DNA from: Dehalococcoidales bacterium | GTDB lineage: Bacteria > Chloroflexota > Dehalococcoidia > Dehalococcoidales > JAUWZL01 | Direction: 5' to 3' | NCBI GenBank assembly: GCA_034413595.1 | Contig: DAOUMC010000025.1 | Span: 999 to 64,998, forward strand | Length of the DNA stretch: 64,000 nt | In this document: positions 39,913 through 50,100 of the stretch, piece by piece | How the letters are laid out: each line of letters opens with the position of its first letter | How positions within the stretch are numbered: position 1 is the first letter of the stretch | The notes under the pieces: generated by a model | Database searches by the model: none | What the model was told of the DNA's origin: nothing | What the model saw: only the letters and a program-made list of their open reading frames with translations | Program-made: the position numbers and the translations under genes

Positions 39913-40008
39913 ATAATATTTAAGAATGTTAATAAAATATTGTAAAGAAAGTTTTATTGTTTTGACTGAGTCTGACATCGGCTCAGGGCAAACACCCTTC
40001 CCGGATAC

Positions 40009-40066
40009 TTGACAAGCAAAAATCGCCTGCTTATACTTGACAACCGGACAGTTGCCTGAATATAAT
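40009..40066 (+). promoter_or_regulatory. Tandem sigma70-type promoters upstream of pyrG
   Basis: TTGACA-17-TATACT (40009-40037) abutting TTGACA-18-TATAAT (40037-40066). Confidence 0.6.
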
Positions 40067-40164
40067 AAAAGAAACCTGTTCCTATCCCCTCCGACAGGCT
40101 TTGTTCAGATTTGTTCCAGATTTTGTGCTTGACCACTTTCTAGATATGAAATCGGATTTTCCGT

Positions 40165-41799
40165 ATGTCAAAGTACATCTTTGTTACTGGTGGCGTAGTT
40201 AGTTCGGTAGGCAAGGGTATCACCGTTGCCTCTATCGGCACCCTGCTCAAGAGCCGGGGAATCAGTGTCTCTGTTCAGAAACTAGACCCCTACCTCAATG
40301 TTGACCCGGGAACCATGTCCCCTTATCAGCACGGCGAGGTCTTTGTTACCAGAGATGGCGCCGAGACTGACCTTGACCTGGGGAACTATGAGCGTTTCAT
40401 AGACACCGAGCTGACCGCAGATTCCAACGTCACCTCGGGTCAGATTTACAGCGCCGTTATCGCTAAGGAGAGGCGGGGGGACTTTTTGGGTGGCACCATT
40501 CAGGTGGTACCCCATGTAACCACCGAGATTAAGAAAAGGTTCCGGCGGCTGGCGGAAAAGTCCGGGGCGGACGTGGTCATTATTGAGGTCGGTGGCACGG
40601 TGGGTGATATTGAGGGGCAGCCCTTCCTGGAAGCCATCAGGCAGATGAGGAATGATGTCGGCCGCGACAACGTGCTCTACATCCACGTCACCCTTCTGCC
40701 CTACATAGGTTGCACCAAGGAGCTGAAGACCAAGCCCACCCAGCACAGCGTTAACGAACTCCGGCGTATCGGTATCCAGCCGGATGTTATCATCTGTCGC
40801 AGCGATTATCCCATCTCAGACGGGATAAGGGACAAGATATCCCTATTCTGCGATGTTGAGCGACAGGCGGTCATTCCATTGCCCACGGTGCCCACCATAT
40901 ATGAGGTGCCTCTTATCCTGGAAGAAGAAGGTCTGGGGAAGCTCCTGTTAAGCAAGCTCGACTTGAAAGAGAATAAGGCAGACCTGAGCTCGTGGCAGAA
41001 GATGGTGGGATGCCTTAAAGAGCCCTGTGAACCGGTCAACATTGCTCTGGTGGGCAAATACGTGGAACTGGAGGACGCCTACTACTCGGTTCGCGAAGCC
41101 CTGTGCCACGCCGTCCTGCACCACAACAGGGACATCAATCTTATCTGGGTTCACTCTGAGGAGATGGAGCAGTCGGGCGGTGAGACCCTGCTGAGGCAGG
41201 CCCAGGGTATCATAATCCCCGGCGGTTTTGGCATCAGGGGGATAGAGGGCATGATAAAGGCGGTAAGGTACGCCCGGGAGAACCGGATTCCCTATCTCGG
41301 CTTGTGCCTGGGGATGCAGGTGATGGTTATTGAGTTCGCCCGCCACGTTCTGGGCTCTGAGAGGGCCAACTCCACCGAGTTTGACCCTGACACCCCTTAT
41401 CCTGTTATTGACCTTCTCCCGGAACAGCGGGCGGTAAAGAGCAAGGGGGGCACCATGCGCCTCGGGGTTTATCCCTGCCAGCTGGTTCCGGGCAGCCGGG
41501 CGGCGACGGCCTACAGTCAGAGCCTGGTCTACGAGCGCCACCGGCACCGCTATGAGTTCAATAACGACTATCGGGAGCGGCTTGGGCGGGAGGGAATGGT
41601 CTACAGCGGTCTTTCCCCCGATGGAGTGCTGGTAGAAATCTGTGAACTGGCAGACTACCCCTGGATGGTCAGCTGCCAGTTTCACCCTGAATTTGGCTCC
41701 CGCCCCAACCGCCCCCATCCCCTGTTCTGCGGCTTTATTGCCGCGGCTAAAGATGTACTGCGTGAGGGTGCTCAGCCGTCGCTACCCCTTAAATCTTGA
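40165..41799 (+). CDS. pyrG: CTP synthase
   Basis: [33 protein letters not shown]-like [22 protein letters not shown]. Confidence 0.99.
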   Translation: MSKYIFVTGGVVSSVGKGITVASIGTLLKSRGISVSVQKLDPYLNVDPGTMSPYQHGEVFVTRDGAETDLDLGNYERFIDTELTADSNVTSGQIYSAVIAKERRGDFLGGTIQVVPHVTTEIKKRFRRLAEKSGADVVIIEVGGTVGDIEGQPFLEAIRQMRNDVGRDNVLYIHVTLLPYIGCTKELKTKPTQHSVNELRRIGIQPDVIICRSDYPISDGIRDKISLFCDVERQAVIPLPTVPTIYEVPLILEEEGLGKLLLSKLDLKENKADLSSWQKMVGCLKEPCEPVNIALVGKYVELEDAYYSVREALCHAVLHHNRDINLIWVHSEEMEQSGGETLLRQAQGIIIPGGFGIRGIEGMIKAVRYARENRIPYLGLCLGMQVMVIEFARHVLGSERANSTEFDPDTPYPVIDLLPEQRAVKSKGGTMRLGVYPCQLVPGSRAATAYSQSLVYERHRHRYEFNNDYRERLGREGMVYSGLSPDGVLVEICELADYPWMVSCQFHPEFGSRPNRPHPLFCGFIAAAKDVLREGAQPSLPLKS

Positions 41800-41813
41800 T
41801 AGGGAGGCCCCAG

Positions 41814-42473
41814 GTGCGTATTTTTCTGGATACAGCCAATGTTGAACGGATAAAACACGGCGTCAGCCTCGGTGTTGTCACCGGGGTGACCACCAACCCG
41901 ACGCTGGTGGCCAAAGAGGGGATTAAGGACTATAAAGCGGTGGTTAAAGAAATCTGCTCTATAGTCCCCGGGCCGGTTTCGGCTGAGGTAACGGTGAACG
42001 AGCCCCAGGCCATGCTGGAGCAGGCGAGGGAGATTGCTGGCTGGGCAAACAATGTGATGGTCAAAATCCCGGCCACCACCGACGGGCTGGAGGTGATAAC
42101 CAAACTGGCTAAGGTGAACATAAAGGTCAACATGACCCTCTGTTTCTCGGTTAACCAGGCCCTTCTCGGGGCCCTGGCTGGTGCCACTTTTGTCAGCCCG
42201 TTTGTCGGCCGCCTTGATGATGTCGGCCATGACGGTATGGCTTTGGTTAAGGATATCGTTGATGTCTTTAGATATTACCAATTAAAGACCGAGGTTCTTG
42301 CCGCCAGCATTCGCCACCCGCTTCACTGCGTAGCGGCGGCTAAAGCCGGGGCTCACATCGCCAGCGTCCCCTACAATGTTCTCATACAGATGATGAAGCA
42401 CCCGCTGACCGATGCTGGCATTGAGCGCTTTTTGGCCGACTGGCGGCGTGTCTCGGGCGAGGATAGGGGATAG
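41814..42473 (+). CDS. fsa: Transaldolase / fructose-6-phosphate aldolase family
   Basis: IFLDTAN, GVTTNPTL, VKIP, NMTLCFS, SPFVGRLDD, AASIRHP; GGAGG SD before GTG 41814. Confidence 0.92.
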   Translation: MRIFLDTANVERIKHGVSLGVVTGVTTNPTLVAKEGIKDYKAVVKEICSIVPGPVSAEVTVNEPQAMLEQAREIAGWANNVMVKIPATTDGLEVITKLAKVNIKVNMTLCFSVNQALLGALAGATFVSPFVGRLDDVGHDGMALVKDIVDVFRYYQLKTEVLAASIRHPLHCVAAAKAGAHIASVPYNVLIQMMKHPLTDAGIERFLADWRRVSGEDRG

Positions 42474-42490
42474 AAAAGCGAGGAAAGAAT

Positions 42491-43753
<1,263 letters not shown>

Positions 43754-43804
43754 AAAAAAGTAATCCCTCTTTGGTAATGGGCTTTTCTTTGGTTATCTCA
43801 TTTT

Positions 43805-43840
43805 TGTCATTGCGAGGAGCGTCAGCGACGAAGCAATCTC
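43805..43840 (+). repeat. REP-like element, left flank of the GIY-YIG gene
   Basis: TGTCATTGCGAG-gagcgtcagcgacg-AAGCAATCTC. Confidence 0.85.
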
Positions 43841-43846
43841 AGGTCT

Positions 43847-44134
43847 ATGGATAAGCTCTATTACGTCTACATAATGACTAATAAAACAAATAAGGTGCTC
43901 TACACAGGCGTAACCAATGGGCTGAAACGGAGAGTCTACGAGCACAAGAATAAACTAGCTGAAGGATTCACCAAGAAGTATAACATTGACAAGCTCGTCT
44001 ACTATGAAGTGTGTGAGCAAGCAGAGAGTGCGATTCTGAGGGAGAAACAGATTAAAGGTGGTTCAAGGGAAAGGAAGATTAAACTGGTTAATAGTATGAA
44101 TAAAGAGTGGCGTGACCTTTATGATGAGTTGTAG
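43847..44134 (+). CDS. Stand-alone GIY-YIG nuclease (YhbQ-like)
   Basis: YYVYIM, LYTGVT..LKRRVYEH, EKQIKG, N.EWRDL; lower GC than neighbours. Confidence 0.9.
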   Translation: MDKLYYVYIMTNKTNKVLYTGVTNGLKRRVYEHKNKLAEGFTKKYNIDKLVYYEVCEQAESAILREKQIKGGSRERKIKLVNSMNKEWRDLYDEL

Positions 44135-44162
44135 AGATTGCTTTACTACGCTCGCAATGACA
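44134..44162 (-). repeat. REP-like element, right flank of the GIY-YIG gene (inverted)
   Basis: GAGATTGCTT-tactacg-CTCGCAATGACA; its reverse complement has the same arms as the left copy and overlaps the stop codon. Confidence 0.85.
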
Positions 44163-44273
44163 AGGCCCAAAGGGCTGGAAATGACTGGCCACCAGATAGC
44201 ACTTAAGCTAAGCCTGACCTTTTGGCTTTTTGAGCGTTTTACTTTAAAAGGGAAAAATCAGCCGGAAAACCTC

Positions 44274-44322
44274 TTGACAGGGCGTGATATAATGTTAAAC
44301 TGTAAACAAAGAAGGAGGTGAT
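44274..44322 (+). promoter_or_regulatory. Promoter and leader SD-like element of the S-layer-like gene
   Basis: TTGACA-16-TGn-extended TAAACT (44296-44301); AAGGAGGTGAT at 44312-44322, about 150 nt upstream of the CDS. Confidence 0.55.
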
Positions 44323-44473
44323 GCCATGGCAGGAGCCCGAAAGGGGAGGGAGTAATCTTACTCCACTGCGGATTATTAGAAGTTACCTTGGTCTCTATGT
44401 AAGCAGGGCTGAAAGGTTAGTTTTGTTTACATGGGGACGCAGAATATAAAAAGAGGAGAATTTTTTAAGGTCG

Positions 44474-47400
44474 ATGAAAAGTAAAATATCTAGAATCCTG
44501 GGAGTGGCACTGACGCTGGCAGTCCTTTCCAGCCTGTGCATCGTGGCCGCACCGGCAAGTGCCGCCACGCAGGCCTGGGACGCTTTCACCACGCCATCAA
44601 CGACCGGCATGATGCTCAATACCACCATAACCGCCGGCGGGCCAATTGCCCAGTCCCCGGTTGACGGTGCTCTGTATGCCTATGTCCTTGATGGAGGCAC
44701 TAACAAGCTCATCAAGTCCACCGATGGTGGGCGCACCTGGAAGGTCAGCGGTTCGGTCGGGCAGCCCACTGCCGCGGTAGTGGCCATCGCCCCGTCACCG
44801 GTAGAGGCCAACGTGGTCTTCTACGCCACCGCTAGCACTCTCTACCGCTCCAACGACGGCGGCGCCAACTTCACCACCGTGTTGAACGGGCCTACTAGCG
44901 AAGTTATCACCGCGCTGGACGTGACCAAGTACGGCGGCCGCTATGTGGCCGTAGTCGGCACCGATAATGCTACCGCTTCTGGCGGTGTCCTCTTCTGGGA
45001 TGAGAACGACATCTTCAACAACCTCAACCCGGTGGGCACCACCTCCTTCGGCTACCCGGTGCTGGCTCTGGCGCTGGCTCCAACTTTCACCACCGACCGG
45101 GCTCTGGTAGCCATCGGAATAGATGGCACAAATAACATGGCCATAGTGAGGACCAATGTCAACGGCGGCGCCTGGGATGCGGTTGTTGGGCCGGTTAGAC
45201 TGACCACAACTTCACCAATAGCACCGTCTCTTACTGCCCCGACGGCGGCTGACATCGCCTTCCCCAGCGACTACAACGCCACCACCAACCCCGTCTATTT
45301 CGCGTGTGTCTCCGACGCTGATGCGGCAGACGGCGGTGTTTACCGCCTCATCGGCACCACTGCCACCCGCATTGACACCGGTCTCACCTGGACTAACCTG
45401 GCGGTCAACGGCGCCTTCGGGCCGGGCAATACCACCATACTGGTCGGCTCTTCCGCAGGCGCGGTCATCAAGAGCACCAACGCCGGCTTCTCCTTCTCCA
45501 GCGTCACTTTACGCTCCAGTGTCGCAGCCCCGGCCTGGGTGCTTCTGGACAAGGACTACGCCACCAACGGAAAGGCCTATGTGCTTAACCTCGGTGCCGC
45601 CGGCGGCGCCCTCAATGTCAGCATTGATGGCATGGTCTTCTTCAACCAGTGGAGCCTCATCAACGTCACCATCACCGGCATCACTGACCTGGCCGTGGCC
45701 GCAAACGGCGATATGTTCATGATTACCGCTGGTAGCAACACCAGCATCTTCCGCTACTACGGCGGCGTCTGGGAGCGCGTGAACCAGGGCACCACCAACA
45801 ACATGGTGCGCGTTTCCCCCACCTACGCCACCGACAAGGCGGTAATGCTGGCCACCAACGGCTCGGCTGCCGCCATACTTATCTCCACCAACAACGCCAA
45901 CAGCTTCACGGCTATGGCAAGCGCGCCGGGCAGCATTGTTCTTCCGGCTGATGCCGTTTACTCACTGCTGCCGCTCTCTTCTTCCACCGTTGTCGTCGGC
46001 AGCGCTGCCGGCATCATCACCACCAACACCAGCTCTTACTGGTGGGTTGAGAGCAGCCCGTTCGGCGCCGGCTACACCGTCACCGACATCCGCCAGGCCT
46101 CCAACGGCGACCTGCTGGCGGTTGCCCAGAACGGTGCCACGGTCAAGGCCGCCAAGTCCATTGACGGCGGCGCAAGCTGGACCGTTTTCACCGCTTCTCT
46201 CACCAGTACCTCCACCAACGCCTTTATCGCCCCGGCTGCGGACTATGCCGCCACCGGTAATGTCTTCTTAGCCGTTGACGGCGGCGTCTATCGCGCCACC
46301 GCCACCGCTACCAGCTGGACACTGGTTGATGGCGGCGGCCTCGTTGCGGCGGCCGGTCTGATAACCACTCCGGGTGGACCCGGCAGCAGCGCTGAGGGTT
46401 CGGGTATGGTCTATATGACCGATGGTAACACTCTTTCTACAGCCCGTGTCGGCCGAATCCGCGGCCTCAGCACCACGGCGGAGACGGTTCTACCCGTCGG
46501 CAGCGTCACCACGTACTTCTTGAGTCTGGCGGCGGCCCCGGCGACCGTGGGCAACGTCCAGCTGTTTGCCGTTGGCAACGATGCCAAGATTTACACATAC
46601 ACGGACACCCTGAATGTGGCCGGTAGCGGCGTTGCTGTCTCGGCGGTCACCCAGACCACGGCGACAGTGAAGTGGAACAAACTGACCAGCGCCACTGCCT
46701 ATCAGGTGTTTGTCTCTGCCACGGCACAGAACAACTTCTACACGGCGGCTTCTGATGCTGGTATCACCGTGGCCGTAAACAGCACCACGCAGACGGCTAC
46801 GGTCAGCGGCCTGATACCCAACACCCAGTACTACGTCAGTGTCTGGGCGTCAACGCCTGTCTCCAGCTTCCTGTTTGGCGGCGTGGCCAAATCGTTCCAG
46901 ACGCTACCGGCAGCCCCGGTGGCACCTCCGGTCAACCTGATACCGAACAACGGCGCCCAGAATCAGCCCATCAACGACCTGGCATTCGCCTGGTCGGCAC
47001 CGTCTGGCGGCGCTGACAGCTACACGTGGCAGCTGACCACTGACCCGACGTTCGGTACCATAACCGAGGGTGAGCAGAACACCACGCTGACTTATCTGGT
47101 GTGGGCGGGCCCGCTTGAATACGACACCTCCTACTACTGGAGGGTAAGCTCTCACACCACTGCTGGCGACAGCCCCTGGGTGACCAGTGTCTTCAGCACT
47201 GTGGCTGAGCCGACACCACCGGTAACAGTTCCGCCAGCACCGACACCGACTATCGTCCTACCGACACCAACGGTAACCGTGGTGCCTCCGATAGTAACCG
47301 AAACAGTTCTACCGACACCAACGGTAACCGTAGTGCCTCCAGAGGTAACCTCGACAATTCTACCGACACCGATAATTCAGTTACCGAAAGAGGCGACTCC

Positions 47401-47488
47401 GGTCTACATCTGGGCGATTGTCGCCATCGGTGCCGTACTCACCATAGCGGTGGTTATCCTTATCGTGAGAACGAGAAGGGTAGTCTAA
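44474..47488 (+). CDS. Large secreted, C-terminally anchored surface (S-layer-like) protein with Asp-box/BNR propeller and FN3-like domains
   Basis: Signal peptide MKSKISRILGVALTLAVLSSL; SxDGGxxW Asp-boxes; FN3-like YxVxV/WxV segments; Pro/Thr linker; C-terminal TM + RTRRVV; highly biased codon usage. Confidence 0.85.
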   Translation: MKSKISRILGVALTLAVLSSLCIVAAPASAATQAWDAFTTPSTTGMMLNTTITAGGPIAQSPVDGALYAYVLDGGTNKLIKSTDGGRTWKVSGSVGQPTAAVVAIAPSPVEANVVFYATASTLYRSNDGGANFTTVLNGPTSEVITALDVTKYGGRYVAVVGTDNATASGGVLFWDENDIFNNLNPVGTTSFGYPVLALALAPTFTTDRALVAIGIDGTNNMAIVRTNVNGGAWDAVVGPVRLTTTSPIAPSLTAPTAADIAFPSDYNATTNPVYFACVSDADAADGGVYRLIGTTATRIDTGLTWTNLAVNGAFGPGNTTILVGSSAGAVIKSTNAGFSFSSVTLRSSVAAPAWVLLDKDYATNGKAYVLNLGAAGGALNVSIDGMVFFNQWSLINVTITGITDLAVAANGDMFMITAGSNTSIFRYYGGVWERVNQGTTNNMVRVSPTYATDKAVMLATNGSAAAILISTNNANSFTAMASAPGSIVLPADAVYSLLPLSSSTVVVGSAAGIITTNTSSYWWVESSPFGAGYTVTDIRQASNGDLLAVAQNGATVKAAKSIDGGASWTVFTASLTSTSTNAFIAPAADYAATGNVFLAVDGGVYRATATATSWTLVDGGGLVAAAGLITTPGGPGSSAEGSGMVYMTDGNTLSTARVGRIRGLSTTAETVLPVGSVTTYFLSLAAAPATVGNVQLFAVGNDAKIYTYTDTLNVAGSGVAVSAVTQTTATVKWNKLTSATAYQVFVSATAQNNFYTAASDAGITVAVNSTTQTATVSGLIPNTQYYVSVWASTPVSSFLFGGVAKSFQTLPAAPVAPPVNLIPNNGAQNQPINDLAFAWSAPSGGADSYTWQLTTDPTFGTITEGEQNTTLTYLVWAGPLEYDTSYYWRVSSHTTAGDSPWVTSVFSTVAEPTPPVTVPPAPTPTIVLPTPTVTVVPPIVTETVLPTPTVTVVPPEVTSTILPTPIIQLPKEATPVYIWAIVAIGAVLTIAVVILIVRTRRVV
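47258..47370 (+). repeat. 51-bp tandem repeat (about 2.2 copies) encoding LPTPTVTVVPPxVTxTx
   Basis: CTACCGACACC recurs at 47258, 47309 and 47360. Confidence 0.85.
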
Positions 47489-47519
47489 TCCGGGCGGCTG
47501 ATGCCGTAACCAGATAGCA

Positions 47520-47557
47520 AAGAGCCCCCCGAATTTCGGGGGGCTCTTCCTTTTTTT
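47520..47557 (+). terminator. Intrinsic terminator of the S-layer-like gene
   Basis: AAGAGCCCCCCGAA-T-TTCGGGGGGCTCTT followed by ccT7. Confidence 0.9.
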
Positions 47558-47574
47558 GGCAATGGCCCCTCCTC

Positions 47575-47609
47575 TGTCATTGCGAGGCACAGAGTGCCGA
47601 AGCAATCTC
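47575..47609 (+). repeat. Dispersed copy of the GIY-YIG-associated REP
   Basis: TGTCATTGCGAG-gcacagagtgccg-AAGCAATCTC. Confidence 0.85.
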
Positions 47610-47617
47610 TTGGTTGA

Positions 47618-47752
47618 AATCCCCCTTAGTCCCGCTTTGGCAAAGGGGGAACCAAACTTCCTTTTTTAAAGGGAGAGCGAGAGGGATTTTAGGGGCAGAG
47701 ATAAAGCTCGCGTCACCGGGCGTCCAAGAGGGGGTGCAGACCTCTCTTAGAC
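47618..47752. repeat. Cluster of purine/pyrimidine-rich REP-like hairpins
   Basis: AATCCCCCTTAGTCCCGCTTTGGCAAAGGGGGA, CTTCCTTTTTTAAAGGGAGAGCGAGAGGGATTT and AAGAGGGGG-tgcaga-CCTCTCTTAGAC (overlaps the htpX stop). Confidence 0.7.
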
Positions 47753-48943
47753 CGGGTTGATGCGCCCGCAGTGGGGGCACTTGACGGCCGGCTCTTTGAA
47801 GTTGGGCGGTAACCGCAGCTTGGTACCGCACTGGCAGACTATGGTCTTGTAGTTTGAGAGCCGCCACATCAGGTCTCCGGTCTGGCGGGCCTGTGTCAGT
47901 TTGTCCGGTTCCTGGACTGGCTCCGGCCGGGCTTCTCTCAGCGGCACCGTTCCGGCGGCCAGAGCGGAGGTCGGTATTACACCGCCGCCTCCGCGGTGGA
48001 CTTTGCGGTAAGCCTGCTCATAGTCACTAAAGGAGGCCCCGCTGGCCATCTGCCGCAGAATGCGTATCCTCTCCGAGATGGGCGGGTGGGTGCTGGTCAG
48101 GTCGCTGGCGGAGAAGCCCTTTTTGCGGAAGGGATTGACGATGTACATCGGCGCTGTTGCCCGGTTGGCCGATTTTAGCTCTCCGGTGGCAGCCCCCAGC
48201 TTTTCCAGAGCCGAGGCCAGCCCCTCGGGGTATCTGGTGTAAAGGGCCCCCGAAGCGTCAGCCAGATATTCTCTCTTCCGGGAGAGGGCAAAGTAGATAA
48301 GCTGGGCAAAGATGGGCGCCAGTATCATCAGGACGATGCCCACCGCCAGTATTATTATCTGTGCCTGCCCGCCTCCGGAACTCCTCCTGCCCCTGCCGGC
48401 GCCAGTGAAGAAGAGCATCCTGGTGGCATACCAGGCCAGGATGACGATGCTGCCTAGCAGAACGGCACTCAAAGCCATAAGCAGCACATCGCGGTTCTTT
48501 ATGTGCGATATTTCGTGGGCGATGACGCCCTGGAGCTCGTCGCGGTTGAGCTTGGCCAGCAGGCCCGAGGTGATGGCCACCGAAGCTCTTTCAGGGTTCC
48601 GCCCGGTGGCGAAGGCGTTTAGCGCCGGGTCATCAATGATGTAGACATCGGGCATCTTGGGCAGGCCTGAGGCGATTTTCATCTCTTCAACTATGTTGTA
48701 CAGCCGGGGGTGGTCCTCGCGGCTGATTTTTCTCGCCCGGGAAACCGCCAGCAGGATGCTGTCCCCCTGGAAGAAGGCCAGCAGGGTCATCACCGTCCAG
48801 ACGACAAGGGCGATGATAAGCCCGCCGACGGCGCTGTTAAAAAAATACAAGCCCAGGAAATAGCCGACAACAAGCAGCAACGCCGCCATTGCGCCCACCA
48901 GTATCACAGACCTTATCTGGTTAGACCTGATCTGCTCCCACAT
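47747..48943 (-). CDS. htpX: HtpX-family M48 zinc protease with a C-terminal zinc ribbon
   Basis: NAFATG, ELQGVIAHEISH, SRKREYLAD, THPPISERI; CQC...CPHC tail; downstream of lemA. Confidence 0.88.
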   Translation of the reverse strand: MWEQIRSNQIRSVILVGAMAALLLVVGYFLGLYFFNSAVGGLIIALVVWTVMTLLAFFQGDSILLAVSRARKISREDHPRLYNIVEEMKIASGLPKMPDVYIIDDPALNAFATGRNPERASVAITSGLLAKLNRDELQGVIAHEISHIKNRDVLLMALSAVLLGSIVILAWYATRMLFFTGAGRGRRSSGGGQAQIIILAVGIVLMILAPIFAQLIYFALSRKREYLADASGALYTRYPEGLASALEKLGAATGELKSANRATAPMYIVNPFRKKGFSASDLTSTHPPISERIRILRQMASGASFSDYEQAYRKVHRGGGGVIPTSALAAGTVPLREARPEPVQEPDKLTQARQTGDLMWRLSNYKTIVCQCGTKLRLPPNFKEPAVKCPHCGRINPV

Positions 48944-48960
48944 AAAAGAGCTATCTCCTA

Positions 48961-49524
48961 CTAAGCGAAGCTGACCTTGGGCGCCGCCCTTTCCTCGGGT
49001 GGGGTGACCTCAAAGAACTCTCCGGCCTTAAAACCGGTCATGCCGGCGACCATGTTGGAGGGGAACATCTGAATCTGGTTGTTAAGCCTCAGGACAGAGT
49101 CGTTATAGAACTGGCGGGAGAAGCTTATCCTGTTCTCGGTTGAGGTCAGCTCTTCCTGCAGGGCCAGGAAGTTCTGGTTGGCCTTGAGGTCGGGGTAGTT
49201 CTCAACCACCGCCAGCAGACGGGCCAGGGCGCCGCTGAGCTCGCCCTCAGCCTTGGCCCGCTCGCCGACGCCAGCCCCGGTTGCCTTCTGGGCCAGGTTA
49301 CGGGCGTTGGTTACCGCCTCCAGAGTCGCCCGCTCATACTTCATGTACCCCTTGACGGTCTCTACCAGATTGGGGATGAGGTCATGGCGCCTCTTTAGCT
49401 GGACGTCTATCTGTGCCCAGGCGTTCTTGACCTGATTGCGCAACCTGACCAGTCCGTTATAGATGACGATGAACATCAGAATCATAAGAGCCAGGATACC
49501 GATGATAATCCATAGCGCTAGCAT
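48961..49524 (-). CDS. lemA: LemA family protein
   Basis: YNGLV.LRN, AWAQIDVQLKRRHDLIPNLV, ENYPDLKAN.NF, YN..V. Confidence 0.96.
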   Translation of the reverse strand: MLALWIIIGILALMILMFIVIYNGLVRLRNQVKNAWAQIDVQLKRRHDLIPNLVETVKGYMKYERATLEAVTNARNLAQKATGAGVGERAKAEGELSGALARLLAVVENYPDLKANQNFLALQEELTSTENRISFSRQFYNDSVLRLNNQIQMFPSNMVAGMTGFKAGEFFEVTPPEERAAPKVSFA

Positions 49525-49554
49525 TTGATACCTCCTAATTTATTTTTTGCTGAT

Positions 49555-49974
49555 TTACTCCTGAGCCTGGAAGACCTCTCGCAGGAAGTCCGTCACCTGT
49601 CGCTCGGAGTTTCCCTTTTTCGATGGTCTTTCGGCCACCTGCTTCAGCAAACGGCTGACCTCGCCGCCGTCAAACCACAGCCCGTCCCCCTTAGGGCAGG
49701 CGTCAATCAATACTTCTGTTTCGTGCCCCAGAGCTACCTTCTTCATCTTAAGGCTACAGATGGGGCACTTGCGTCTCTCCTCCGCGGTCCTGGCTTCAGG
49801 GGTATGCATAATGTTGTCCAGGGACAGGCCTTGGTCGGTAAAGCCCATGCTGCCCAGCAAAAGAAACAGCTCGTCGGCGTCAAACCATACCCCCCGGCAA
49901 TTGGTGCAGTAATCAAGCTCAATCCGGTGGTACTCTATGTCTATCATGACGTGCTTACAGACGGGGCATATCAT
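49555..49974 (-). CDS. Double zf-TFIIB zinc-ribbon protein
   Basis: CPVC..ELDYC..CRGVWFDADEL and CPIC..IDACPKGDGLWFDGGE. Confidence 0.85.
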   Translation of the reverse strand: MICPVCKHVMIDIEYHRIELDYCTNCRGVWFDADELFLLLGSMGFTDQGLSLDNIMHTPEARTAEERRKCPICSLKMKKVALGHETEVLIDACPKGDGLWFDGGEVSRLLKQVAERPSKKGNSERQVTDFLREVFQAQE

Positions 49975-50100
49975 GGATAAAACCTTGCCATAAGTTTATT
50001 AATAGTGTAAATTTATCGGGTGCCTGTGTCAAGGTGTTGCCAGTACTAAATTCTGGTTACTAATTAACAGTGGTTATAGTATAATAACCTACAAAGAAGA

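Noticed and set aside
43805-47609. Repeats with constant arms and variable cores as a CRISPR array
   Set aside because: The copies are dispersed or inverted rather than tandem with regular spacers, and no cas genes are present.
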